Shown here piece after piece: positions 46,807 to 60,539 of a DNA stretch of 64,000 bases (its first letter is position 1; each line of letters opens with the position of its first letter). The notes beneath the pieces are model-generated. The model did not search any database and had not been told where the DNA came from. It saw nothing but the letters and a program-made list of their open reading frames with translations. Source of the DNA: Narcine bancroftii. Lineage: Eukaryota. The translations under genes and the position numbers were made by a program. Location of the stretch: assembly GCF_036971445.1 (NCBI RefSeq), contig NC_091480.1:20956001-21020000 (forward strand). The letters run 5' to 3'.

Positions 46807-48035
46807 AGCCAACACAGATAAGGCCCCCTCAATTCTTTCTCTGATACCTTGATAACTATTTCAGTGTTGCCTTATGTAGCCTTATGTACCCATGATGAGC
46901 TTGTCAACTTCATCCACTTTGTTGCCAACTTCCACCCTGACCTCAAATTCACTTGGTTCATCTCTAGCAACACTCTCCCCTTTCTCGATCTCCCCATCTC
47001 CATCTCAAGAGACAATGTCTCGATAGAAATCTTCCACAAACCCACCATCTCCCACAGCTACCTTGACTACATCTCTTCAAACCCTGTTCTCTGTAAGGAT
47101 ATCATTTCTTTCTCTTAAATTCCTCTGTGTCCATCACATCTGCTCCCAGGATGAGGTCTTCGATGCCAGATCATCAGAGATGTCTCCTTCTTCAAACAAC
47201 ATGGCTTTCCCTCTACCACCATTAATTTAGCCCTCACCTGCATATCCAACAAGGACAGGATTCCCCTTATCCTCACCTACCACCCCATCAGCATCTGATT
47301 CCAATATATCCTCCTCTGCCATTTCTGCCACCTACTATGTGACCCCACATCTAGACACATATTCACCTCTTCTCCCCTCTCTACCTTCCGCAGGGTCCAC
47401 TCCCTCTGTGACACTCTTGTCCACTCTTTCCTCCCCACCAATCATCCCCTTGGGACCTACCCCATGACCGTAGGAGATGCTATACTTGCACCCACAATTC
47501 GGGGCCCCAACAGTCCTTGGAAGTGAAGCAATATTTCAGTTATGAATCTGGAGTAGTCATCTACTGCATCTGGTGCTCCCATTATGCTTTCCTCTACATC
47601 GGAGAGATTGGGAGATTGCCTCATTGAGCACCTCAGCTCTGTCTGCCACAATAACGTGGATCTCCCAGCTATTTCAATTCCCATCCCATTCACTTGCTGA
47701 CATATCTGTCCATGGTTGCATACACTGCCTGACTGAAGCCATCTACAAATCTTCCATATGGGCACCCTCCAACCAGAAGGCATTAATATTAACTTCTCTG
47801 GTTTCTGTTAGAACCCCACCTCCCCTACCCCCATCTTCTTCCCCTTCTAGCTCTATCTCTCTCTGTCTTCCCTTTTCCCTCTGTCTCCTTTCACAGGCCC
47901 AAAATCACTTCTCATCTTTCCACATATCATATCCAATGAATACCTTTTGGCTGTAGGTCTGAACTCTTACCCTTCCCATTCTTCTCCCTTTCTCTCCCCA
48001 GTCTTTAATTCAGACACCTGCCTGCTTTTTGCTAC
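46807..48035 (+). mobile_element. Degenerate Penelope-like element (RT C-terminus + GIY-YIG)
   Basis: FIHFVANFHPDLKFTW...LPFLDL...KPTISHSYLDY; IPLILTYHP; catctactgcatctggtgctcc. Confidence 0.85.
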
Positions 48036-48235
48036 AAGAATATATTCTTAAATTTTTGGGATTTATTTTCAGCTGGGTGCCTGGTGATAAAAAAAAATAG
48101 TAAATAAGACCAACTGTCTGAATTTGAATTAGCCTTCAATGTTTCATCACCGATCCATTCAGTGGAAAATATTTTAGACGCTTCTGTAATCGCTGGCTCG
48201 CTTACAAAGTTTGCATTATTTCCCTAGCAGCAAGT

Positions 48236-48590
48236 ATAGAAAACACAGAAATGTTGGAGAAACTCAGCCGGTCTCACAGCGCCCATAGGAGGTGAAGATA
48301 TATTACCGTCGTTTTGGGCTTGAGCCCTTCAAGGTACATCCATATCCATCTATGTATGTCCTCTTACCTGTTGGCCTGGTGCTCCTCCCCTTGTCCCTTC
48401 TTCCCTCAACCCCCAGCCTTTTTATTCAGGCGCCTGACTGCTTTTTGTTCAGACCTTGATGAAGGGCTCAGGCCTGAAACATTGGTTAAATAGTTTTGCT
48501 TCCTATGGACGTTGCGTGATCTGCTGAGTTTCTCCAGCACTTTTGTGTATTAAACTGCAATCACTGTGTCTGGAGCCTTTCCTGTTTAAC
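48236..48590. mobile_element. Palindromic Penelope-like mini-element (two termini in inverted arrangement)
   Basis: gttggagaaactcagc...gggcttgagcccttc is inverted relative to gaagggctcaggcc...gctgagtttctccagc. Confidence 0.8.
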
Positions 48591-48594
48591 ACTG

Positions 48595-48770
48595 ATAATG
48601 CACTGCCTGAGACAGTGGTGAAAGGAATGTCAGTGACATGCACTTGAATCTTACTTGCTTAAGTAAGCATAGAAGGCTACAGGCCAAGTATAGGAAGAAG
48701 GGACTAATATAGATGGGTGCTCTCTGGTCAGTGTGGATGTGGTGGGCTGAATGTCCTGTTAACATGCTTT
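48595..48770 (+). mobile_element. CR1-like LINE 3' fragment
   Basis: aatgcactgcctgagacagtggtg...tggtgggctgaatgtcctgtt. Confidence 0.5.
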
Positions 48771-49634
48771 CTCGCAGGAGAATATCTCATAGAACCTAAG
48801 TCAAGTATCTGCCTTTGGAAGAGCTGAACAGACCTGCTCACCCTCTCTAAGATTGAAATAAAACATTCTGGCAGTATTACCTGGGATGGAATGGTTGCTG
48901 AGGGCTGTCAACACTGAAGGAGGCACCAAGCAGAGCTTCTTCACTTCTTATTTTCGTTCTAATATTTCAACCTGCCCAACACTACAGAACTAATCACAGG
49001 TACTTTATCCAGCTACATTTTTCTCTGCTGGTCCCTTTGCACCAAATACCATTCCTTGATGGGCAGTGTAAAACACTTCCATGTGTAAACTGCTGCAGTT
49101 CATTCTTTTTTGAGAATTAAACGCTGAAAATGGTGATCTTCCCTTTACTGATTTAAAAAAATACATTGGAACCATTCAGAATGTATTTAAGAGAGACACT
49201 CACAAAATGAACAATCAGCTTGATTTTACTCTCATATGGGCAAGATGCTCAAAGAAATTTTTATTGTCAATGCCACAAGCCGACAGAATGCATCTTCTTT
49301 AAAAAAAATCAATGGAATTGTCTGGGGACCTCCAGGATTCTGAAGTTTTGAGATTCTACAGGAATCTCAGCACCAGTTCCACCACTTTGCATCTATTCAT
49401 TTCTAAAATTAAGCAAAAGTATTTGGAGGTATTTAGCATATTATCAGATCTGTCAAGGCATTTCACATACAGTTGCTACATTGTATGCATTTTGAGGAAT
49501 TCAAGGTCCTCAAACCATCTGTGTTACAAATAGTCTGCTTCTGTTTTTATATTTTAGCTTAAGTAATATTGGACATTTAGGCTATTCCTATCTATCCTTT
49601 CAGAATTTTAAATGTTGGCCATGTATTTACATTA

Positions 49635-50748
49635 AAGATGCTATTTCACTGGCTCTCCACTCATCCCTGGATCATCTGGACAACTGCAAATTGTGCATCA
49701 GGCTGCTTTTCATCGATTACAACTCAACTTTCAACATCACCATCCCCTCAGTACTGGTCAGCAAGTTTCAAAACCTTGGCCTCTGCACCTCCCTCTGCAA
49801 CTGGATCCTTGACTTCCTCATCGAAAGACCACAGTCAGTGTGGATGGTAACAACATCCTCCTCCTCACTGACGATGAACACAAGGATGTGTACTTAGCCC
49901 ACTGCTCAATTCCCACTACACCCTTGACTGCGTGGCTATGCCACCTACAAATTTGCCAATAACACCACGGTCATGGCAGAATCACAGTCAGCAATGAGGA
50001 AGTGCATAGAAAGGAGAAAGGCCAGCAGGTTGAGTGGTATCACAAGCAACCTTGCACTCAACATTTGCTAAACTAATGAGCTGATTGTGGTCTTCATGAG
50101 GGGTGGGAAATCATGAGAAACAAACCAGTCCTCATTTGGGGGTCAGCAGTGGAAAGGGTTAAGATCTTGAAATTCCTGGGTGTCATCATCTCTGAAGATC
50201 TGTCCTGGGGCCTCCATGTTGATGCAATCATGAAGAAGGCTTGCCAGCCGCTATACTTCAGGAGGAGTGTGAAGAGATATGGCTGTCACCAAAGACTCTT
50301 GCAAATTTCTACAGGTGGGCTTTCAAAGTTGTGCCATTGTCTGGAATCGAGGTGCCAATGTGCAGGACAGGAAAAGGCTACAGAGGGTTGTGACCTCGGC
50401 CATCGTTATCATGGTCAATGGTTTTCACTTCATTAAGGACATCTATAAGATGTGGTGTCCCAAGAAAGCAGCCTCTATCCTCGCCACCCAGGCTATGCCC
50501 TCTTCTCACTGTGACTATCTGGAAGGAGGGACAAGAGCTTGAAGATAAATGTCCAATGGTACAAAAACAGCTTCTTCCCCTCTGCCGTCAGATTTCTGAA
50601 TGGGCCACAGATAATACATAATTTTTACCCTAATTTATTTTTATTTATGGAAATGAAATTTATTGCAATTTTAATGTACAAAACTGCTGCTGCGAAACAA
50701 CAAATTTTGTGACACATATTCATGACAATAAACCTGATTCTGATTCTA
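49635..50748 (+). mobile_element. Degenerate Rex1/Babar-type LINE
   Basis: IRLLFIDYNSTFNITIPS...LGLCTSLCNWILDFLIERPQSV; AVERVKILKFLGVIISEDLSW; tail aataaacctgattctgattct. Confidence 0.9.
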
Positions 50749-51094
50749 TGTGTATAAATATTTGTACACTAGTATGTTAACACTTCTCCAAAAGTAAGGA
50801 TAACTCAATATTACAATTCTTCTTCAGAAATATTGTGGGAATATAGTGTACATTATAGCCCCAAGCGCCACAAGATATCACATTGGCATTTAGCAGATAA
50901 GTTTTGGTGACTCATTTGATTTTATTTGTAGGTGAAACCTGATTCAGGGATTGGTGACAGTCATGTAACCTATAACAAATGGGACTAACAAATAAAATAA
51001 TTGGAAATGACAAGCAAAACATGAGTCATGCTATTTCTTTGCAATAAGGTGTAGATAATTGAGCTGAACAAGAAATAAATTCAGAAGTAAAACC

Positions 51095-52262
51095 TTGAAG
51101 TTTGCAGAGATTGGAGTAAAAACACAATGCTGGAGAATCTCAGCAGATCAAACTGTGTATTTTATGTAGCAAAGAAAAAGATACATAACCATCGTTTTGG
51201 GCTTAAACCCTTCATCAAGGTATGAACAAATGTCAGCAGGCGCCCAAACAAAATGGTAGGGGGGTGGGGCAGGGGGAGGAGCACAGTCCCAAAGGCAGGA
51301 AGTAAAAGGTGTATAAGGGAGGGAGGGTACATCAACAAGCAGGGGGAGGAGGGATGGCTCAGTGAATGGAGAGGGAAGGGGGTGGGGAGCTGGAAGAAAG
51401 AAGACAAAGGGAAAGGGGAGGAAGGGAAAATGGAGAGTAGCCTAGCAGAATCCAGAGAAGTTGATGTTAATGCCATCTGGTTGGACAGTGCCCAGATGGA
51501 ACATCAAGTATTGTTCCTCCAATTTAAGGGTGATCTTGGTGGGATAGTACACGAGGCTATGGACAGACATGTCAGCATGGGAGTGTGGTGCAGAATTGAA
51601 ATGGTTGGCCACAGGTAGATCCCTGTCACTGATGCGGACTGAGCAAAGGTGCTCAGCGAAGCACCCCCCAAGTCTGCATCCAGTCCCTCCGATGTAGAGA
51701 AGACCTCAAAGGGAATACTGGATGCAGAAGATCACTTCCGCGGATACACATGCGAAGTGTTGTTTCACTTGAAAGGACTGTTTTGGGCCCCAAATGATGG
51801 TGAGGGAGGAGGTGTTGGCACAAGTGTGGCACTTCCTGCAGCCTTAGGTACCGGAGGTGGGGATGATTGGTGAGGTGGGGAGGGATGAATGGATGAGGAA
51901 GTCATGGAGGGAGCGGTCCCTACAGAAGGCAGATAGGGGAGGAGAGGGGAAGGTGTGTCTAGTAGTGGGTGGAAATTACTGAGGAGAATGTGTTGAATTC
52001 AGGGGCTGGTGGGGTGGTAGGTAAGGACAAGGGAAATCCTGTGTTTGTTATGTCTGGGGGCACAGGGGGCCAGGGCAAAAGAGCAGAAAGTGGAGGTGAT
52101 GCAGGTGAGGGCTGAGTTGATGTTAGTGGAGGGGAAGAAGGCAGACATTTCATATGATCTGGATAGGAAGATCTCATCTTGGGAAACGATGCAACGGAGA
52201 CAAGAGTAATTGTAAAAGGGAAAAGAATCCTTGCAAGGGACTGGGTGTGAAAAAATGTAGTT
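51095..52262 (-). mobile_element. Degenerate Penelope-like element 3' half
   Basis: SHPVPCKDSFPF...HNKHRISLVLTYHPT; characteristic terminus at 51095-51225. Confidence 0.85.
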
Positions 52263-54879
52263 GAAAATGACAGTTTGAATTATTTGATAAAAATATTTAA
52301 ATATAATAATGTATGATAATGTAGTGGAAACAAACAATCAGCATCCACGATCCATACATTAGGATACTAACTTGCTGAGTATGAATGGCGTATTTGACAT
52401 CCGTACAGTGTCTTTGATCTAGATCTCTCTAGTGCCAGCAAATTCCAATTCGATCGTCACAAATTCCAGTGAGCAGCTGCTCACCCACCTATCCAAAAAC
52501 AACTCCGATAACCACATGCAATTGTGGAGCTTGGACCCCTAAAAATATTTAACAGTGGCACTGCAATAAATTAGGATTTTATTTTCCTTCATGAGTAAAT
52601 GTAGATTTCATGCAAAAATCCCATCCATTTTTCACTAACATTGTCTTGCAATGTGCTCAACAGATTCAAATATCTAAGAAATTAAAGAATTGTCGTAAAT
52701 TGTTTTTTTTTAAATACTTTTCAAATGTAGACATGGCCAATAATTCACTAAATTTGTGGCTGACATAAAACGAAATTGAATCTGGGAACCATTTACAGGA
52801 AGAAGTGAATCTGTTGCATTGTTCAAGTGAACCGGCGTGGACTTGAAGGGCCGACATGGCCTGTTTCCACGCTGTAAACAGTTATATGGTTATATGGAAA
52901 TCATAAAATACCTCAAAACTACTTCAAAACCTTTTCAAAATGTGAATATAATCTTAACGCCAAAATGAAATGATAACCAACTTAAAGATTAAAAAAAACA
53001 AAGGTTGAAGGGTTCCTTTTATTGTCATGTAGTAATAAATTAAAAATATAATATAAATGATGTATAATTTTTGCCTGCCATAAGATTTACAATGATCATT
53101 GCCCAGTATCCCTAAAAAACATATTTTGTATATTGAAATAATTTGGAAAATGCATTTACCTGACTAAACCTTTGCACTTATCCACTGAGAAGATGCTTTC
53201 AGGTTCGAAGGACCCAATTAGTGAATCTATTCATCCATCTTACTGCATACTGAATGGAGGATGGCATTTATGCCAACCAATGTAGCAGGAAAAACTGACA
53301 CAAACCCAACTTTGAAGACCAGTTGGAAACCAGATGGATTCTAACCACCAACTCTGCTGTTCATTTGATAGATTTAAAACTTCTGATAGGAAGTTACCAG
53401 TCAGGAGTAGTTGTGTTAAATGGGGCTAAAGCCTCAGGCAGTGGAATACTCCCACCTGGAACCAAAGAATCGTCTATATTCTTAATTGCATCCACCACTC
53501 ATCACCCATGCAATAAATGCAATGACATCAACAATTCGCAGCTGTCTCACACTCACCTGATACCACACCCCCCCCCCCACCTACCCTCATCACTAAGCAG
53601 TTTATTGGAAGTGTTCTTCACAGTCAGCTCTCAACTTCATACTATTTGGAGCCCAGAACTACACGAGATCAGATCCCATTGTTGTTTGTTCAATTTTGAA
53701 TAATGCCAGAACAAAAACCTCCCTCTTTGCCTCTTCATGTCTGTGTGGTTCCACATGAAATAAAAAATATAAAGCACCAAAACAGCATTCTAACAATTTA
53801 TGCAAATAAAATTGTTCATTTTGAAAGCGTTTCTGTAATGCAGTATTGCTGGCCTCCATGGAAGATTTCAAAACACAATTCTGATCTTGCATTAAAATAA
53901 ATGAATGAAGGCACCTTAAATGGTGCGTGCAACAGCATAATTCCACTGAGCTGGATTCTAACATTCCAGCATTTTTTCCAAATTGAATAGTAAAAGAAAA
54001 CAAGTAACAGTATTAAGATTGCACAGAACTACAGGAATAATTCAAGTAAAGCTTCTAAAAGGATCAAGGTCTGTTCTTCAAAATGAAACAAACATGAATC
54101 GTGTATTCTCTATGTGTACAGAGAAGAACTGACCTTTATTAAGAGGTGATCAAGACAAATTTGGATGTCTTCATGCTAGACCAAGAAATATGTAAGGGAA
54201 AGGAATCTTAGCAGAAGGATAATATACTAAATAAAGCATTTGCTTCATAAATGAATTGCTGAAAATTTTCTTTCTTCCTTCTTTATTAAATAGCATTTAA
54301 AATTATGTTCAGTATTTTATGTCTTGTTAAAAATCATTCATGCGAGATAGATTTCAACTTTAAATTATTGTAAATATTACCTATTAAACCCTTAGGGGAA
54401 GGATTCAAATGAAATCAGGTTGATTTGATGTAGGTAAATTAGGTAATATCTTATTCAATAAACTTGGAAATATCTAAAAAAAAATCAAGAGATATTAAAC
54501 CTGTCTATAAACATCTGAAAAATAGACAATTCCTTTGCTTTTCCAGAAAAAAAAGGCTTGATCCATTACAGATGATGAGAAAAAATAATTGAGGTAAATA
54601 GTTCTTCATTAACTAAAAGTTTTTAAATAAAAGAATTGTGAAATTGAAACCAAATCCATGTCTGTCTACTAATCCTAATCTTAAAAATTGTAAAAGTAAG
54701 TTAGTGAATACTTCTGTACAGATTTCCATTCCAAATCTGTCCAATGAGGGTGTTTGTCAGAATAATATACCCAGAAAATAATCTATCAAATATTAACTTC
54801 CCAATAATAAAAGTTAAAATTTGGTAAAGCCATACCATCATCTTTCTTTAATTTCTCAAATGAAATTTATTCAACCTAG

Positions 54880-56222
54880 CATTATTATTATTCCATATAT
54901 AAGAAATTTTAGAGTCAATAAAATTAGAGGAGCTTGGGAATTGGAACTTCAGTCACTTTTCCCAGAGGAACTTTGGGAAAAGATTTTTGGAATGGTTCTC
55001 AACCTTTTTCTTTCCACTCACATACCACTTTAAGTAATCCCTATGCCATCGAGGCTCTGTGATTAGTAAGGGATTGCTTAAGGTGGTATGTGAGTGGGAA
55101 GGGAAGATTAAGAATCACTGGTCTAGATCCAATTGTTACTGAAATATTTTGCTTGAGAAAAATTGTCATTGGCCCATTTCCTTTGGAGTTATGGAACCGT
55201 GCACATAGCAAGTCAATTAGCAATGACCAATTAGCTATAACATAATTGGTTTTCAAACTTTTTCTTTCCACTCACATGCCACCTTTAGCAATCCCTTACT
55301 AATCACAGAGCATAGGGAATACTTAAAGTGGTATGAGAGTGGAAAGAAAATGGCTGAAAACCACTGGGTTAACACCTCTTAATCATGTTCTCGACATGCA
55401 TTGATTCAGTTTAAAGTGGTACACTGGGTTCATATGTCGAAAAATAAATTGGCCCATATCTTTACTAATGTTAGTCCTTTGTATAAAGCACAAGTGGCCA
55501 CATGAACACATATGTTTGGTCTTGCTCTGTATTGGATAAGTATTGGACCAATCTTTTCAAGACATTGTCAATTCTACTGGGTGTTAGATTGGAACCTAAT
55601 CCACTGATTGCTATTTTTAAGAATTATAGTTCCAGAGATGGGTCGAGTTTCCACTTCTGCACACCGGGTTGTAGCCTTCACTACAATGTTGGCCAGAAGA
55701 GCCATTTTATTAAATGGAAAGATCCTCATTCACCTACTTCGATGTAATGGCTCTCTCAACTTATGTCATGTTTAAATTTAGAAAAAATTAGAAGTTGCAT
55801 TTTTGATACCTCCGTTAAGTTTGAAGAGACTTGGCGTCCTTTTATAAACTGTTTTCATAGGAATTCATCTGTATTTTGCTTTTACCTTCCAGATTGTTTT
55901 AGATTTCTGTTGTTTATTTTATTGGTAAGGAACAGATAAATAGTTTGTACTGATAGTTTGTAGTGAATTCTCAGTTTAGGCTGCCCAGCCTTTTTTTGTT
56001 ATTGCTGTTTTATTTTTTTGTTTATTTCAGAGGTTAAATGGGGTTTTAACAATTTTTTTTCCCTTTGTTGAATATTTCAAATTGAGAAGAAAGGGACCAT
56101 ATTGTTCAATATGTTATAATGTTATATATTGTATTGCAATATATTGATATTTGTTTTTACTCTTCGATTCTGTATTCTATTCTCCTTCTGTATTGTTTAA
56201 TAAAATGATTGAAAAGGAAAGA
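54880..56222 (+). mobile_element. L1-clade ORF2 C-terminus and 3' UTR fragment, interrupted by a MITE
   Basis: KIRGAWELEL...ELWEKIF / RHALIQFKVVH / YVWSCSVLDKYW; AATAAA + A-rich tail at about 56200. Confidence 0.8.
54990..55366 (-). mobile_element. Composite hAT MITE (reverse orientation) inserted in L1
   Basis: Spacer is the reverse complement of the one at 26427; termini atggttctcaacc / tgaaaaccactg. Confidence 0.88.
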
Positions 56223-57146
56223 AAAATCATTCATGCAATACAACGCAATTTATCATGTTGCTTTTCTTTTATTTTTATTGCTGTTCATGATCGTGTGTGA
56301 CAAATTTGCATTCATTGAAAGATGATTCCAATAATCTGGGAACAATTGTGCCTTGTTCTATCTATTTAGGAAAGGAGGTCACTGGGGTGATATGAACTCA
56401 TTGTGCAAATGGATCTCAAACATTTCCCCAAAAGAATTTGTTAACTTCAAAAGAAATCTCACGGACAACTTTCAATCACTGTTGTTGAAAAAGGACTTTC
56501 ATCAGCTTTTCCAATGAAAAATAAATTCAGTTATTTAAAAAAAATAGCTGACTGCTCCGGATTGCCTTCAGATCATTATAGATTTGTACCCTCCTTTTTC
56601 AACTGAAGAGAATCTTTAATGAATGCTGTTTCTTCATGTATTTCCATCTGACTCTTCAAATAGAGGCCAGCTTTATTATTGCAGTCTGCCTGTTTTAGTT
56701 CTACCACCTGCAATCTGTCACATTGTCATAAATTTGCTTGTAATTAACTGAAATATATAGTGCATTTAGATAATCACAGATGATTTTTGAGAAGAACTGA
56801 CAGACTGAGCTGTCTCTGTTTAAAAATATGAGGAATGTCTGAAGTGTGATCAAACAAAGTGGCGTGGTTTCTGCCTACTTTTGCTTCACAGTTGTTGCAT
56901 CAGGCTAAAAGCAGGTGGTAAAAACTTCCACAGGTTTGGTCTCTAGCACTGCATCAGTTATGAGGAAACCATCATACAGTGGACAACTGACCTTTCCCCA
57001 CAGAGGGGATCTTTGCAAGTCAGAAATCACAAGATGTTAAATGACGACTTCATTGCACGTTGGACTTCTATTTATGTAATGATCTCTTTGGAACATTGAA
57101 GAATGTGAGGAGACTTGATAGAGATCGACAAGATTATATGAGGCTA

Positions 57147-57362
57147 AGGCCCCTTTTACACTCGAGTCCCACCTCATCGGCTGTTCAGTGTCCCAGGATA
57201 AGAATGAGGAGAGGTTTTTGCATTTTACACTTGACCACTCTTAATTGGAACACTGCACATGTTCAAACTTGCAAGGAGTCATTCCCAGGGTTAAGACTGT
57301 TCTTCCTTCTACCGGTGACGTTATTACACATTGAGCGAAGGTGGACCTGCCCTAAATCCTGA
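57147..57362. mobile_element. Harbinger-like MITE fragment
   Basis: Begins aggccccttttacact; only one end recognisable. Confidence 0.35.
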
Positions 57363-57913
57363 TCAATGTATTATGATCTTATATTGGAACAAAATTAATC
57401 ATGCTTAATTATAACATAATTAAGCTTTATGTACAGCACAGTATGAGCCCTTCAGTCTCTATTGTTGTTGTGCCGACCTAAATCAACTTTTATAAAGGGA
57501 CCGTGGGAAAGTGCAAGCAATAAAGAGCAATAGCGGACAATTTTTATACAGAGTGGGAAAGTTCATGGAATTCTATGGACGTAACAATTTTCTGAAATGC
57601 TATTGATGGTAAATTATGCAACGCAACTGTCAATATATCACAATGTTCAACTGATGGATCATTGAGCATTGTCAAATTGCTTAATTATGCTGTATTGTTT
57701 CAGCTGATTGCAGAGGTGCAAAAATACAGGGGGCTCTGAATTATAGTTTCAGAGAGCCATTTATGACCTTCTGGATGCAGACACACCCAGATAAACTGGG
57801 ACTGGCTTGCAGGACATCCTGAAAATTGTCTGCTTTGCACCTTGCATTTCTTTGTCCGAGCCCCACACAATCGAAGGCCAAAGAGTAAATAGTCCATTAA
57901 TCATTCTCGAGAG

Positions 57914-58282
57914 CAGTGGTTCCAACCTTTTATTTCCACTCACGTACCACTTTAAGTTTACGCCATAGGTGCTCTGTGATTAGTAAGGGATGGCTTAAGG
58001 TGGTCTGTGGGTGGAAGAAAAATGTTTGAAAACTACTGTTTTAATCGGACCTAATGGACTCGTTATGGGCACGGTTTCATCACTCCAAAGGAAATGGGCC
58101 AATGACAATTTTTCTCAAGCTAAATATTTCAGTAACAATTGGGTCTGGAGCAGTGATTCTCACCCTTCCCTTCCCACTCACAGACCACCTTAAGCCATCC
58201 CTGACTAATCACAGAGCACCGATGGCAGAGGGATTACTTTAAAGTGGTCTGTGAGTGTAAAGAAAAATGTTGAGAACCACTG
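57914..58282 (+). mobile_element. Composite hAT MITE with 8-bp TSD
   Basis: cagtggttccaacc ... tgagaaccactg; TSD ctcgagag / ctctagag (Charlie-type NTCTAGAN target). Confidence 0.92.
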
Positions 58283-58294
58283 CTCTAGAGCATG

Positions 58295-59130
58295 TTTTTG
58301 AATATTTTATTTAAAAATTTCCATCCGTGTAATTATATACTTTTATAAAAGCAAAATTTGATTAGATTTGAAATTATTACATGGTGATTTTACCACCTTC
58401 CCCCCCCATACTGTCTCCACTAAAAAAACATAATATTATAAATAGATATAATGTATAGTTATATGGAAAAAATTATAGAAGAAAGGAGAAAGAAAAAGAG
58501 AATAATAATATTATCCTGGATTGTACAAATGATCGGCTCACACATTGGGATCTTACAGTATTTATATAGTGGCTTCAGGGAAGAAGATTATTACAGGTCT
58601 TAAGAGGCCAGAAATACATTTTTACATATTTATCCATAAACTTTGGATATACGGGATCCAAATTTGTAAGAAAGTAGAATATTTATTTCTTAAATTATAT
58701 GAAATTTTCTCCAAAGGTATACAACTTTGAATTTCCATATTCCATCTTTCCATACCTCAATGTACATCCGATTTCCAAGTCACTGCAATGCAATTCCTTG
58801 CCACCATTAAAGCTATTGTAATAAATTTCACTTGATAAAATTATCACTTTAATTTAGGTCTTATTCCTTTTATGTTCCCCAATAAAAATAAATCTGGATT
58901 TTGTGGAAAAACAATAGCAGTAATCTGTTCTAGAAACTTTCCTAAATCCACCCAGAAGGTTCTAATTTTAGAACATGACCAAGTAGAATGTAAAAAAAGT
59001 TCCTATTTCTTCACCACATCTAAAACATTTATCTGATAAATCGAATTTAATTTTATGCAATTTTTGTGGCGTTAAATATAGTTGGTGTAAATAATTATAA
59101 TGAACTAAACTATGCCTAACATTTATTATC
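58295..59130 (-). mobile_element. L1-clade 3' fragment
   Basis: Minus strand reads DLSDKCFRCGEEIG..LHSTWSCSKIRTFWVDL. Confidence 0.8.
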
Positions 59131-60001
59131 TAGAACATGTTGCTATAAAATAGCTTTTTTAATTTAATTCAATATTTACTTATTCAATTAAATTATCCTA
59201 CATTCTTTTACTTCTTGTATCTTTCGATGCACAACTTTGTTTTCACAACTTGCTGGAATATTGAAGGGAGTCATCAAAACTAACTCCATTATCACCTATG
59301 TGGGAGGGTACTCCTCATACCATATCACAGAAATGCTGTTCTTCATAAACAAGATAATTACAGTAAGTTTTGGCTTTTACTGCCCAACAAACAAAGCCAT
59401 TTCACTAATAGCCTTTGGAATGTCGAGTCAAAGGCTAATGTCAGTTAGTTGAGTGTGCATAGTCCAGTCCTTTATCTCATGCTTACGTAAAAGAACTCCA
59501 ACATATATATCAGGGGAAACTTTCATCCCTGAAGACTGCAAGGCATTTGTGGTAATAAAACCAGAGACTGTAGTTTTCGAAAAGTAACGACTAGAAAGCA
59601 AAGTCAGCATGCTTGATTTCAACATTCATTACAGCATGACAAATTCCAGGAAGCACTGTGCACTAACTTATTATTAGGAATTTCACAGGTTTGACCTTCT
59701 CATGAGAAGACCAAAAATCTGGGAATCCTCAGGTATAAATCAACCATCATCTAAGACATCTAAAAAAAGCAATAGGCCAGAAATTACAGGACAAATAATA
59801 GTGAGTTATTAGTGTTCATGACTATCAAGGTGCAAATTTGGCAGACAATTTTGCAAGGGCACATCTGCAGATGAAAATGAAAATCAGGAAGTTGCTGTCT
59901 GAGTTGTCAGCTCCTCCTGAAACTGGACATTAACAGCAACTCACCCACAGATTCATGGAACAGAAAGAATCTGATGGTCAAGTCTAAGATACACTCTAAA
60001 T

Positions 60002-60060
60002 CAGTGGTGCGCACCCTTTTTCTTTCCACTCACATACCATTTTAAGTAATCCCTATGCCA
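60002..60060 (+). mobile_element. Truncated hAT MITE left end
   Basis: cagtggtgcgcaccctttttctttccactcacatacca. Confidence 0.7.
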
Positions 60061-60067
60061 AATTGGA

Positions 60068-60365
60068 ACCACTAGGGAGGAGGTTTTAGCAGCGTTGAAG
60101 CATATTAAAGTGGACAAATCCATAGGGCTGATGAACTGGGAAGCTCGGGAAGAAATAGCAGAGGCTCTAGATGAGATATTTTCAACATCTTTGGCCTTGG
60201 GTGACGTGCTGGGAGAGTGGAAGGGTGGCTAATTTTATGTCATTATTTAAAAAGGGGCAATAAGGACCAGTCTGGCATCTACAGGTGAGTGAGCTTGACG
60301 TCAGTGGTTGGAAAATTGCTGGAGGGAATGCTGAGGGACAGAATCTACCAGCATTTGGATAGTTC
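60068..60365 (+). mobile_element. CR1-clade LINE internal fragment
   Basis: REEVLAALKHIKVDKS...WEAREEIAEALDEIF...ANFMSLFKKG. Confidence 0.75.
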
Positions 60366-60539
60366 ATCTTTTAAGATCCATCCCATTAATCTTTATTTGA
60401 TTCATCACCTTTTTTCTGACTTCTTTGACCAAAATTTTTTTTGGGAGTAACATGTAATTTTGTTTGTGTATTTTGTAAATGGAAATTATTTGACTGAGTA
60501 TTTTTGGGGAACTGGACTTTTTTCAAGTTAAATTAATTC

